Source: Patescibacteria group bacterium
GTDB taxonomy: Bacteria; Patescibacteriota; Patescibacteriia; 2-01-FULL-39-33
Direction: 5' to 3'
Length of the DNA stretch: 32,000 nt
Assembly: GCA_041662745.1 (NCBI GenBank)
Contig: JBAZRV010000003.1
Location: forward strand, 1 to 32,000
Made by a program: the position numbers and the translations under genes. Of the stretch, positions 8,239 to 15,893 are shown one piece after another. Each line of letters begins with the position of its first letter. Position 1 is the first letter of the stretch. The notes beneath the pieces were generated by a model, which made no database searches, had not been told where the DNA came from, and worked only from the letters and a program-made list of their open reading frames with translations.

Positions 8239-8416
8239 GATGATTTCCTCCCTTATATTGTTTAAAGAACTTTGCGTATCATTCCGTTTCCATCACACTT
8301 TAACATGAGGCGGTTAAAAAAGCAAGATAACCTTAGCTACATAATCGGCCGTATAATCGGCGCAAATAAACAATGAAATCCCGGCTTGCTGACTAATGAT
8401 CAGGATTGATGCAGCT

Positions 8417-8445
8417 TTGACTTAAGCGGTTAAAAATGATAAAAT
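8417..8445 (+). promoter_or_regulatory. Promoter TTGACT-17-TAAAAT for the glycosyltransferase operon
   Basis: -35 at 8417-8422, -10 at 8440-8445. Confidence 0.7.
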
Positions 8446-8472
8446 TATTGCATAATTATAGCAAAAGATCGC

Positions 8473-9648
8473 ATGAACAAGTCCGTGGCAATAGCCGTTT
8501 GCGCTTGGCCGCCTTTAGGTGGCGGCATTGGCAATAACGCTTATTATCAACTTAAGGAGTTGGCTAAAAACTCCGTTGCGGCTCGCGCTTTCACGCCGGC
8601 TTACTTCGGTATAGACCAGGACGCTTCTTTGCCTGTTTCCTATTTGCCGGCAGTTTTGCCGATTGGCAAGGCCGGTTTTATGAAAGGATTGAAGCGGGAA
8701 CTGGAGCAATTTGATATCATACATTTATATTGGCCGTTTTTTGGCGCCGATTTGCAATTGCTCAGATTCAAACTCCGACATCCGGAAAAGAAACTGGTTT
8801 TGCATTATCAGATGGATCCGGTCGGCCGAGGGATCAGGGCTTGGGTTTTCTGGCTTTATGTAAAATTATTTTTAGGTTCTATCATCAAGTCGGCCGATAG
8901 GGTTTTGGTTTTATCTCTGGATCATGCTCAGCATTCTTATTTGTCGCCTTATCTCAAGCAGTACCCGGAAAAATTTTTGGAATGGCCCAATGGCGTAGAC
9001 ACTGATTTATTCAAACCCTTAGGCAATAAAAGTGAACTGCGCGCTCTGAACAAATTTGGTGTTCAAGATGCCATCGCATTATTTGTCGGCGGTTTGGATC
9101 AGCAACATTTTTTTAAGGGGGTGCCGGTTTTGCTTGAAGCGTTTACGAAAGTAATTAAAACCGTGCCACAGGCCAAATTGATTATTGTCGGCGATGGCAA
9201 TGAGCGGCTGAAGTTTGAGAGCCAAGCCTTGGATCTGGGGCTAAAGGACAACGTTCGTTTTTTGGGCTGGATAAAAAATGAGGCTTTGCCGGTCTGGTAT
9301 AATTTAGCCGATGTTTTTGTTTTGCCTTCCACCAAATCTACCGAAAGTTTTGGCATAGTAGCGGCCGAGGCCCAAGCTTGCGGTCTGCCCGCCATTGTCG
9401 CTTCCTGGCCGGGCGTAAGGCAAACCGTCAAACTGAATGAAACCGGCTTATGGGTGGAACCGAACAACGTTAATGACTTAGCTTTAAAGCTGACTAAACT
9501 TCTTAGCGACGAATCTTTGCGTCAACGTTTCGGCCGAGCCGGTCGAGAACGGACCGGGCGCTTATATGGCTGGACCAATTTGATTTTGCGTTTATTGGAT
9601 ATTTATAACTCACTTTATGTCCCTGTTTCGCCGCCAGAAAAAAAATAA
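8473..9648 (+). CDS. Glycosyltransferase, GT4-like
   Basis: CAWPPLGGGIGNNAYYQLKEL, FVGGLDQQHFFKGVPVLLEAF, KSTESFGIVAAEAQACGLPAIVASWPGV. Confidence 0.9.
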   Translation: MNKSVAIAVCAWPPLGGGIGNNAYYQLKELAKNSVAARAFTPAYFGIDQDASLPVSYLPAVLPIGKAGFMKGLKRELEQFDIIHLYWPFFGADLQLLRFKLRHPEKKLVLHYQMDPVGRGIRAWVFWLYVKLFLGSIIKSADRVLVLSLDHAQHSYLSPYLKQYPEKFLEWPNGVDTDLFKPLGNKSELRALNKFGVQDAIALFVGGLDQQHFFKGVPVLLEAFTKVIKTVPQAKLIIVGDGNERLKFESQALDLGLKDNVRFLGWIKNEALPVWYNLADVFVLPSTKSTESFGIVAAEAQACGLPAIVASWPGVRQTVKLNETGLWVEPNNVNDLALKLTKLLSDESLRQRFGRAGRERTGRLYGWTNLILRLLDIYNSLYVPVSPPEKK

Positions 9649-10027
9649 TTTTAGAGCCATTTTACTTTGGCTGTCAGTCGCAGCGTGGTTGGCTTTTATT
9701 TTTAGCTTGTCCGCCCAACCCAGTTTTCCTGTTAATTTTACGGTTAACGAATACCAAACGATTTCTTCCTTAGCCCATATTGCTTTGTATGTTATTTTGG
9801 CTTTTTTGGTGGCCGAGGCCGCAGCGGCTTCAGGCGTTAGCCGGCGTCAAACCTTGATTGCCGCTTTAGCGGTTTGCGCTATTTACGGCGCTCTTGATGA
9901 ATGGCATCAATCCTTCGTGCTGGGCCGGGAAGCCAGTCTGAATGATTGGTTGTTGGATGCAATTGCCGCCTTAGCGGTCGTGTTTTTCTATGCTTTTATT
10001 CAGCGCCTTAAATTGATTGACCGTTAA
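9617..10027 (+). CDS. VanZ-like membrane protein
   Basis: WLAFIFSLSAQP, HIALYVILAFLVAEAA, YGALDEWHQSFVLGREASLNDWLLDAIAALA. Confidence 0.85.
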   Translation: MSLFRRQKKNNFRAILLWLSVAAWLAFIFSLSAQPSFPVNFTVNEYQTISSLAHIALYVILAFLVAEAAAASGVSRRQTLIAALAVCAIYGALDEWHQSFVLGREASLNDWLLDAIAALAVVFFYAFIQRLKLIDR

Positions 10028-10028
10028 T

Positions 10029-11186
10029 ATGAAGATTGCCGTCATCCATTCCATTTATCAACCTTACACTCGCGGCGGGGCGGAGGTAATGGTGTCTAAC
10101 GTCGTCAGCGGACTCAAGGGCCGCGGACACGAAGTCTTTGTCGTTACGGTCGGTTATGAAAATAAAATGGAAGTGATTGATGGAATTAAGGTTTATCGCA
10201 TCAAGCCGTTCAATCTTTTTAATTTTTTAGACATCAATCGCCAGCCGGTTTGGAAGCGCTTGTTCTGGCATTTATTGGATATGTTCAATGACGTTCAGAC
10301 TTGGCGGATTTATAAAGTCCTTCTGGCTGAAAAACCGGAGTTGGCCCTGACGCACAACCTTAAAGGTTTGGGTTACCAGATTCCGCCCCTATTGAGATTA
10401 TTGAAGATTAAGCACATCCATACCATCCATGACATGCAATTAATCCATCCTTCGGGATTGATTACCGACGATCCCAAATTCAAGCTTAATTTTTTTGTCC
10501 GGCTGTATGCCAGATTCTGTCGCGAATTGTTTAATAATCCCGATGTGGTGGTTTTCCCCTCAGATTATATCAGATTGGTTTATCGCCGTTATAAATTATT
10601 TACCAAGGCTAAGGTGGAAATATTGGGCAATCCATTATTAGTTAAACCGCAAAAAACCAAAACCGCAAAAAATCAAGTCTTTACTTTAGCGTTTATCGGC
10701 CAACTGGAACTGTATAAAGGCATCATTGACTTGATTAAGGCCGCCAATCGTTTGACCGGTAATTGGCAGTTGCTTATCGCCGGCGACGGCCAGGCTGAAA
10801 AGGAGGCGCGCCGCGTGGCCATTGATAATCCGCGGATTAAGTTTCTCGGCCGTTTGGATCAGGCGGGGCTTGAACACAAAATTTGGTCAGAGGCGGATGT
10901 GTTAGTAAACCCTAGTCGAACCGCCGAGAGTTTTGGCATGGTAGTCATTGAGTCTTACGCGCACGGCGTTCCGGTGATCGCCTCTAAAATCGGAGCTTTG
11001 CCGGAATTGGTTAAAGACGGCCAAACCGGTTGGCTGGTTAAGCCGGGCAATCCCGATGACTTGAAGCGACAATTGGAATTTATCATTGACAATCGAGATC
11101 ATTTGACTCCGCTCGCCGATAACTGCTTGGCGGAAGCGGAAAAATACACGATTGATAATTATTTGAATCGATTTTTGGAATTATGA
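10029..11186 (+). CDS. Glycosyltransferase, GT4-like
   Basis: MKIAVIHSIYQPYTRGGAEVMV, LAFIGQLELYKGIIDLIKAA, RTAESFGMVVIESYAHGVPVIASKIGALPELV. Start trimmed from 10017. Confidence 0.9.
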   Translation: MKIAVIHSIYQPYTRGGAEVMVSNVVSGLKGRGHEVFVVTVGYENKMEVIDGIKVYRIKPFNLFNFLDINRQPVWKRLFWHLLDMFNDVQTWRIYKVLLAEKPELALTHNLKGLGYQIPPLLRLLKIKHIHTIHDMQLIHPSGLITDDPKFKLNFFVRLYARFCRELFNNPDVVVFPSDYIRLVYRRYKLFTKAKVEILGNPLLVKPQKTKTAKNQVFTLAFIGQLELYKGIIDLIKAANRLTGNWQLLIAGDGQAEKEARRVAIDNPRIKFLGRLDQAGLEHKIWSEADVLVNPSRTAESFGMVVIESYAHGVPVIASKIGALPELVKDGQTGWLVKPGNPDDLKRQLEFIIDNRDHLTPLADNCLAEAEKYTIDNYLNRFLEL

Positions 11187-12061
11187 AAGCTTTAATTATT
11201 TTCAATCCTACCGCCGGAGTTCTGGCTAAATCCGATGTTAAGGGATTAGTAACGGCCAGGCTTCAATCTTTGGGTTATCAGCCTGATGTTTTGGTTTTGG
11301 ATTTTGATTTTGAGTCCAAAATGGAAACTTATAATACCGATGGTTTGCGCTTGATCGTGGCGGTCGGCGGAGACGGGACGGTCAAGGTGGCGGCCCGAGA
11401 AATTATTCAGCGCAAATTGGCCGTGCCGTTGGCGATCATTCCTTTTGGTTCGGCCAATGTCCTTGCCTCAACTCTGGGTTTGCCCTTGGATATGTTCGAT
11501 GCCCTGGGTTTATTGCAAGGAATGAAAACCAAGAAAATCGATGTCGGCGTTATTAATCGCCAGATATACTTTATTGTCGGCTTTTCTCTGGGCTATGTGT
11601 CTTCTATTATTATCCATACTGAAAAAGATCTTAAAAATCGCTTCGGTTATCTGGGTTATTTGTTTAAATTTTTATGGAATAAAATCAGGATTTTCCGCAT
11701 TAAGTTTCGCATTGAAACGCAGAATAAGGTTTTTTGGGTCAGGGGCAATAGCTTGATTATTTTCAACGCTTTTAAATTTTTCGGTTTAGAGCCGAAGAAG
11801 CCGGTAAGCATTACCGATGGAATCTTAAATCTTTATATTGTTACCAATAAGACTTTCTTAACTTTGTTGCAGGCGGCTTTGGGGGTGTTGTTTTATGTCA
11901 AGCCGCCGCGTCATATTTTTACTTTGGATAATCGTTATTTTAAAATCAGAGTCAAGCGTCGCCATTTAAAAACCGCTCAAGTGGACGGTGATCGCATTAA
12001 GGCGCCGAAAGTAATGGAGGTAGAATGTCTGCCTCAAGCGCTGGAAGTGGTGGTAAAATAA
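11183..12061 (+). CDS. Diacylglycerol kinase-like lipid kinase
   Basis: ALIIFNPTAG, LIVAVGGDGTVKVAAREI, IPFGSANVLASTLGLP; ATGA overlap with the upstream stop. Confidence 0.88.
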   Translation: MKALIIFNPTAGVLAKSDVKGLVTARLQSLGYQPDVLVLDFDFESKMETYNTDGLRLIVAVGGDGTVKVAAREIIQRKLAVPLAIIPFGSANVLASTLGLPLDMFDALGLLQGMKTKKIDVGVINRQIYFIVGFSLGYVSSIIIHTEKDLKNRFGYLGYLFKFLWNKIRIFRIKFRIETQNKVFWVRGNSLIIFNAFKFFGLEPKKPVSITDGILNLYIVTNKTFLTLLQAALGVLFYVKPPRHIFTLDNRYFKIRVKRRHLKTAQVDGDRIKAPKVMEVECLPQALEVVVK

Positions 12062-12086
12062 AAAAAGCCGCATTTGCGTAGCGGCT
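12061..12086 (-). terminator. Intrinsic terminator for the minus-strand zinc-ribbon-like gene
   Basis: Minus strand AGCCGC-TACGCAAAT-GCGGCT-TTTTT. Confidence 0.75.
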
Positions 12087-12100
12087 CAACAAGGTGCAAA

Positions 12101-12358
12101 TCAAGGCGGAGCAGAGATTTCTGACGGTTTATCGCCGGAAGCGGTTTCCAAAGGCGGCTGACCGCAAGAAGTGCAGACATTAAGAGTGCACTTTGCCCCG
12201 TCACTTTCCGGATTTTTTAGTCCTGTACCGCACTTAAGGCAAATGCATCCGCCGTTAATAGAACTGATAACTGAAAGATCAAAATATTCGCCGCCGCAAG
12301 TCCTGAGTTCCAATGGTTTTCCGCAAGCCGAACAAACCGGTTGCTTCTGATTTTCCAT
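12101..12358 (-). CDS. Small Cys-rich, zinc-ribbon-like protein
   Basis: MENQKQPVCSACGKPLELRTCGG...GGCICLKCGTG...VCTSCGQP. SD GGGAGG at 12366-12371; the track start at 12373 is a TTG. Confidence 0.7.
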   Translation of the reverse strand: MENQKQPVCSACGKPLELRTCGGEYFDLSVISSINGGCICLKCGTGLKNPESDGAKCTLNVCTSCGQPPLETASGDKPSEISAPP

Positions 12359-12449
12359 GTCCAGTCCTCCCAAAGTTGTCCGTTTTGATGGTTTTTCTGT
12401 TGTTTAAAAATACGTTGCCTTTAGTTATTTTTATCATAGATCTGATTTT

Positions 12450-12477
12450 TTGGCAAACCGGCTGATTATGTTATAAT
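12450..12477 (+). promoter_or_regulatory. Promoter TTGGCA-16-TATAAT
   Basis: Upstream of the metallo-beta-lactamase gene. Confidence 0.7.
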
Positions 12478-12503
12478 GAATTCAAGGATTAACCGCTAAA
12501 CCA

Positions 12504-13868
12504 ATGGATATTTCTTTTCATGGCGCCGCCGGAGAAGTGACCGGTTCCTGTATTTTGGTCAAAACAAAAAAGACCAAATTTTTAGTGGACTGCGGCATGT
12601 TTCAGGGCAGTCAGTTTGCCCGCCAAGAGAACTTTGAGGCCTGGCCGTTTGAGCCGGCCGAGATTGATTTTGTTGTTTTGACCCACGCCCACATTGATCA
12701 TTGCGGCCGTTTACCCAAGCTTTATGCCGATGGTTTTAGGGGCAAGATTTATTGCACCGGCGCCACTAAGGAGTTGACGGCAATAATCTTGTTGGATGCC
12801 GCCAAGGTCATTAAAGAGGAGGTTCGGCGCCATGGCGGAGAAGTGCTGTATCGCGATAAAGACGTTTATGGCGTCATTCCCTTGCTGTGGTCGTTGAACT
12901 ACGATCAAAAGCAAAAATTAAGCGCTGATGTCGCCGTTTGCCTGCGCGATGCCGGACATATTTTGGGTTCGGCTATAGCCGAAGTCTGGGTTAAGGAAGG
13001 ACTCAAGGCTCAAAAAATAGTTTTTTCCGGCGATTTGGGTAATCCGCCGGCGCCGATTGTGCGCGATACCGAGTTTATTTCCGGCGCCGATTACGTTGTC
13101 GTAGAATCAACTTATGGCGGGAGAATCCATGAGCCGGCGGAAATGCGTTCGCAGATCTTGCGCCAATCAATCTTGGATTCCATCGGCCGCGGCGGCGTAT
13201 TAATGATTCCGACTTTCGCCTTGGAACGAACGCAAGAAGTGTTGTACGAATTGAACTACCTCCATGAGACCCGCCAGATTCCCAGGGTGCCGGTTTATTT
13301 GGACAGCCCTCTGGCCATAGACGCCTTGGATATTTATAAACGCCATACGCAACTGTTTGATGCTGAAGCTAAAGAGCGGATCAGTTCCGGCGATGCCTTG
13401 TTTAATTTTGAGGGGTTGGAATTGGCGCGGACCGCAGAGCAATCTAAGCGCATTAACCGCGTGGCGGCGCCCAAAGTCATTTTGGCCGGTAGCGGCATGG
13501 CTAATGGCGGCCGTATCTTGTTTCATTTAAAATTATATCTGCCTAACAGTAAAAGCCAATTATTGATTATCAGTTATCAAGCGGAAGGGTCGTTGGGCCG
13601 ATTACTGAAAGATGGCGCTAAGAAGGTTACTATTGACGGAGAGAAGGTGGAAGTTAAAGCCAAGATTACCGCTATCGGGAGTTATTCTTCCCATGCCGAC
13701 CAGCCCAAGCTGTTGCATTGGCTTAAGACCATTAATTCTCCCAAGCCTAAGATTGTTTTTATAAATCATGGCGAAGAAAAATCTTCTTTGATGTTGGCTG
13801 ACGGCATTAGGCAGAAATTGGGGATAGAAGTGACTATTCCGAAAAGGGACCAGCAATTTACTATTTAG
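12504..13868 (+). CDS. Metallo-beta-lactamase fold, beta-CASP RNA-processing exonuclease-like protein
   Basis: GAAGEVTGSCILVKT, LTHAHIDHCGRLPKL, VESTYGGRIHE, IIISYQAEGSLGR-like LLIISYQAEGSLGRLL, SYSSHADQPKLLHW, VFINHGEEKSS. Confidence 0.93.
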   Translation: MDISFHGAAGEVTGSCILVKTKKTKFLVDCGMFQGSQFARQENFEAWPFEPAEIDFVVLTHAHIDHCGRLPKLYADGFRGKIYCTGATKELTAIILLDAAKVIKEEVRRHGGEVLYRDKDVYGVIPLLWSLNYDQKQKLSADVAVCLRDAGHILGSAIAEVWVKEGLKAQKIVFSGDLGNPPAPIVRDTEFISGADYVVVESTYGGRIHEPAEMRSQILRQSILDSIGRGGVLMIPTFALERTQEVLYELNYLHETRQIPRVPVYLDSPLAIDALDIYKRHTQLFDAEAKERISSGDALFNFEGLELARTAEQSKRINRVAAPKVILAGSGMANGGRILFHLKLYLPNSKSQLLIISYQAEGSLGRLLKDGAKKVTIDGEKVEVKAKITAIGSYSSHADQPKLLHWLKTINSPKPKIVFINHGEEKSSLMLADGIRQKLGIEVTIPKRDQQFTI

Positions 13869-13880
13869 AAAAAACGGATT

Positions 13881-14891
13881 ATGCCGGCTAAACGCGCAGC
13901 AACTAAGCGGACAAGCAGGATTAACAAAACAATCGGCAGTCAACGGCTTTTTTTATTGCTGGCGTTTTTTTTTGTTTTGATCCTGGCAGTTTTTAAAATT
14001 AACGGCCTGACGATTAAAACGCAAGCCGCCGATCCAACCAACGTTGACAGCCAAATTATTGAAACCTATTTGTCGGCAAAATATGATGATGCCGGGACCG
14101 TTTTGGTTTCCGGTGACCCGCGGGCGGAGTATCGGCCGATTATTTTGGAACAGCCCAAAGCGTCTTGCCCCGATTCGGATTTCTCTTCTTACGTTTCCGC
14201 CACCGTTTATAAGGCGCCGCTTGCCGTTTTAATGTATCATCATATCGCCCCGGTTCCCGAGGACAGCGTTTTGCCGGGACTGTATCATAATCCGGAAATT
14301 TTTGAAGATCAATTGCGGACGTTGAAGCTCAATTGCTATAAAGGGATTTTTGTCTCAGAGATCGGACAGTATTTGCAAGGCAATCAGCGCTTGCCGGCCA
14401 AGCCGATTGCTTTGACTTTTGATGATGGCTATGATGACATGTATGCCAATGCTTTCCCGTTGCTCAAAAAATACGGCATGAGAGGCACGATGTACATTAT
14501 CGTAGAGGCCTTGGGGTTGCCGGGCTATCTGACCAAGGAGCAAGTTAAAGAAATGGCCGAGAGCGGTTATGTGGAGATAGCTTCCCATACCCTGAGCCAC
14601 GCTAATTTGAAGTCTGTATCCGATGGCAAATCTTGGAAAGAGATTTCTGAAAGTAAGAAAGAATTAGAAAAAATTAGCGGCCGGCCCGTTACTGATTTAG
14701 CTTATCCCTTTGGTTATTTTCGCCAGCGTGAAGAAAATTATTGCCGTGAAGCCGGTTATCTGACTTGCGCCTCCACCTATCAAGGAGCGGTTCAATCGTT
14801 GGATCGCCGTTATTCGCTTTTTCGTTTGCGTCCCGGCAGCCTTACCGGCAATGATTTGTTAAGTTTTATTGATAAATACATTTCGCTTTAG
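13881..14891 (+). CDS. Membrane-anchored polysaccharide deacetylase
   Basis: N-terminal TM; YKAPLAVLMYHHIAP, ALTFDDGYDDMYANAFPLLKKYGMRGTMYI, EIASHTLSHANL, DLAYPFGYF. Confidence 0.92.
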   Translation: MPAKRAATKRTSRINKTIGSQRLFLLLAFFFVLILAVFKINGLTIKTQAADPTNVDSQIIETYLSAKYDDAGTVLVSGDPRAEYRPIILEQPKASCPDSDFSSYVSATVYKAPLAVLMYHHIAPVPEDSVLPGLYHNPEIFEDQLRTLKLNCYKGIFVSEIGQYLQGNQRLPAKPIALTFDDGYDDMYANAFPLLKKYGMRGTMYIIVEALGLPGYLTKEQVKEMAESGYVEIASHTLSHANLKSVSDGKSWKEISESKKELEKISGRPVTDLAYPFGYFRQREENYCREAGYLTCASTYQGAVQSLDRRYSLFRLRPGSLTGNDLLSFIDKYISL

Positions 14892-14920
14892 GTCGGAATC
14901 AGTTCATTAATTTTTCAAAT

Positions 14921-14950
14921 AAAAAAAGAACCAGCCGATTGCTCGACTGG
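14921..14950 (-). terminator. Intrinsic terminator for the RRM gene
   Basis: Minus strand CCAGTCGA-GCAA-TCGGCTGG-TTCTTTTTTT. Confidence 0.85.
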
Positions 14951-14969
14951 ATCTTTTAGTAGGCAGTGA

Positions 14970-15269
14970 TTAGTAGCGTCCTTGTCCGCCGGAGAAACCG
15001 CCACGGTCTCCCGTGCGTTTTTCCTGAGGACGAGCTTCGCTGACTTTGATCTCTCTGCCCATCATGTCTTTTCCGTTTAAGGTTTCAATGGCAGTCTGGG
15101 CTTCCTCATCAGAGGACATTTCCACAAAGCCGAATCCCTTAGACCGTCCGGTTTCCCGATCGGTAATAACAGAGGCTGACACAACGGTACCGGCGGGGGA
15201 AAAGAAGTCTTTCAAATCATCATTGGTAGCGCTATAAGCGATTCCGCCGACATAAAGTTTGCTGGTCAT
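14970..15269 (-). CDS. RRM-domain RNA-binding protein
   Basis: MTSKLYVGGIAYSATNDDLKDFF (RNP2) and SKGFGFVEM (RNP1); Gly/Arg-rich tail. Start trimmed from 15320. Confidence 0.93.
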   Translation of the reverse strand: MTSKLYVGGIAYSATNDDLKDFFSPAGTVVSASVITDRETGRSKGFGFVEMSSDEEAQTAIETLNGKDMMGREIKVSEARPQEKRTGDRGGFSGGQGRY

Positions 15270-15317
15270 AATTGTAGCTGTTTTTAATTTTAATTTATCC
15301 GTTGGCCAGACCTTTAG

Positions 15318-15373
15318 CACTTAAACATGGTTTAGAGAATGCACTTAAGTAGTTAACCTACGAACACTTTAAG
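15318..15373 (-). repeat. Three spaced copies of a CACTTAA-type element in the RRM promoter/leader
   Basis: CACTTAAA at 15318-15325, CACTTAAG at 15342-15349, CACTTTAAG at 15365-15373; spacing 24 and 23 nt. Confidence 0.55.
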
Positions 15374-15400
15374 TATATCACAGATTAAATAAAAAGTCAA
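15372..15400 (-). promoter_or_regulatory. Promoter TTGACT-17-TATACT for the RRM gene
   Basis: Minus strand: -35 at 15395-15400, -10 at 15372-15377. Confidence 0.8.
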
Positions 15401-15457
15401 TAGCCAGGAGATTATAACGTATTTATTGGCAAATATCATTATTATCATTAAACAATT

Positions 15458-15889
15458 ATGCCGCTTACCATTAAAGTAAAAAAGTTATCACCCGAGGCCA
15501 GACTGCCCAAATACGCCCATCCGGGCGATGCCGGCATGGATGTTTATGCCATCAGCAAGAATGAGACGGATAAATACGTGGAGTATGGCACGGGCTTGTC
15601 ATTTGAATTGCCCCCCGATCATATGTTGCTGTTGTATCCCAGGAGCAGCGTGGCTAACACCGATTTGCTGCTGGCCAATTCTGTCGGCGTTATTGATTCG
15701 GGTTATCGGGGCGAGCTTAAAGTAAGGTTTCGCAAATCCGGAGATAATGATTATGCTGTCGGCGATCGCATTGCTCAAATCATTATCCTGCCCTTCCCGC
15801 AGGTGGAGTTTAGCGAGGCGGCAGAGTTGTCGGCCAGCCAACGGGGAGCCGGCGCTTTCGGTTCTACCGGAATAAATACTATTTTATAA
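15458..15889 (+). CDS. dut: dUTP diphosphatase
   Basis: HPGDAGMDVYA, PRSSVANTDLLLANSVGVIDSGYRGELKV, VGDRIAQIIILP, RGAGAFGSTG. Confidence 0.95.
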   Translation: MPLTIKVKKLSPEARLPKYAHPGDAGMDVYAISKNETDKYVEYGTGLSFELPPDHMLLLYPRSSVANTDLLLANSVGVIDSGYRGELKVRFRKSGDNDYAVGDRIAQIIILPFPQVEFSEAAELSASQRGAGAFGSTGINTIL

Positions 15890-15893
15890 TAAT

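Noticed and set aside
8340-8365. Short tandem-like repeat ATAATCGGC...ATAATCGGC
   Set aside because: Only two copies, no promoter element or gene relation evident.
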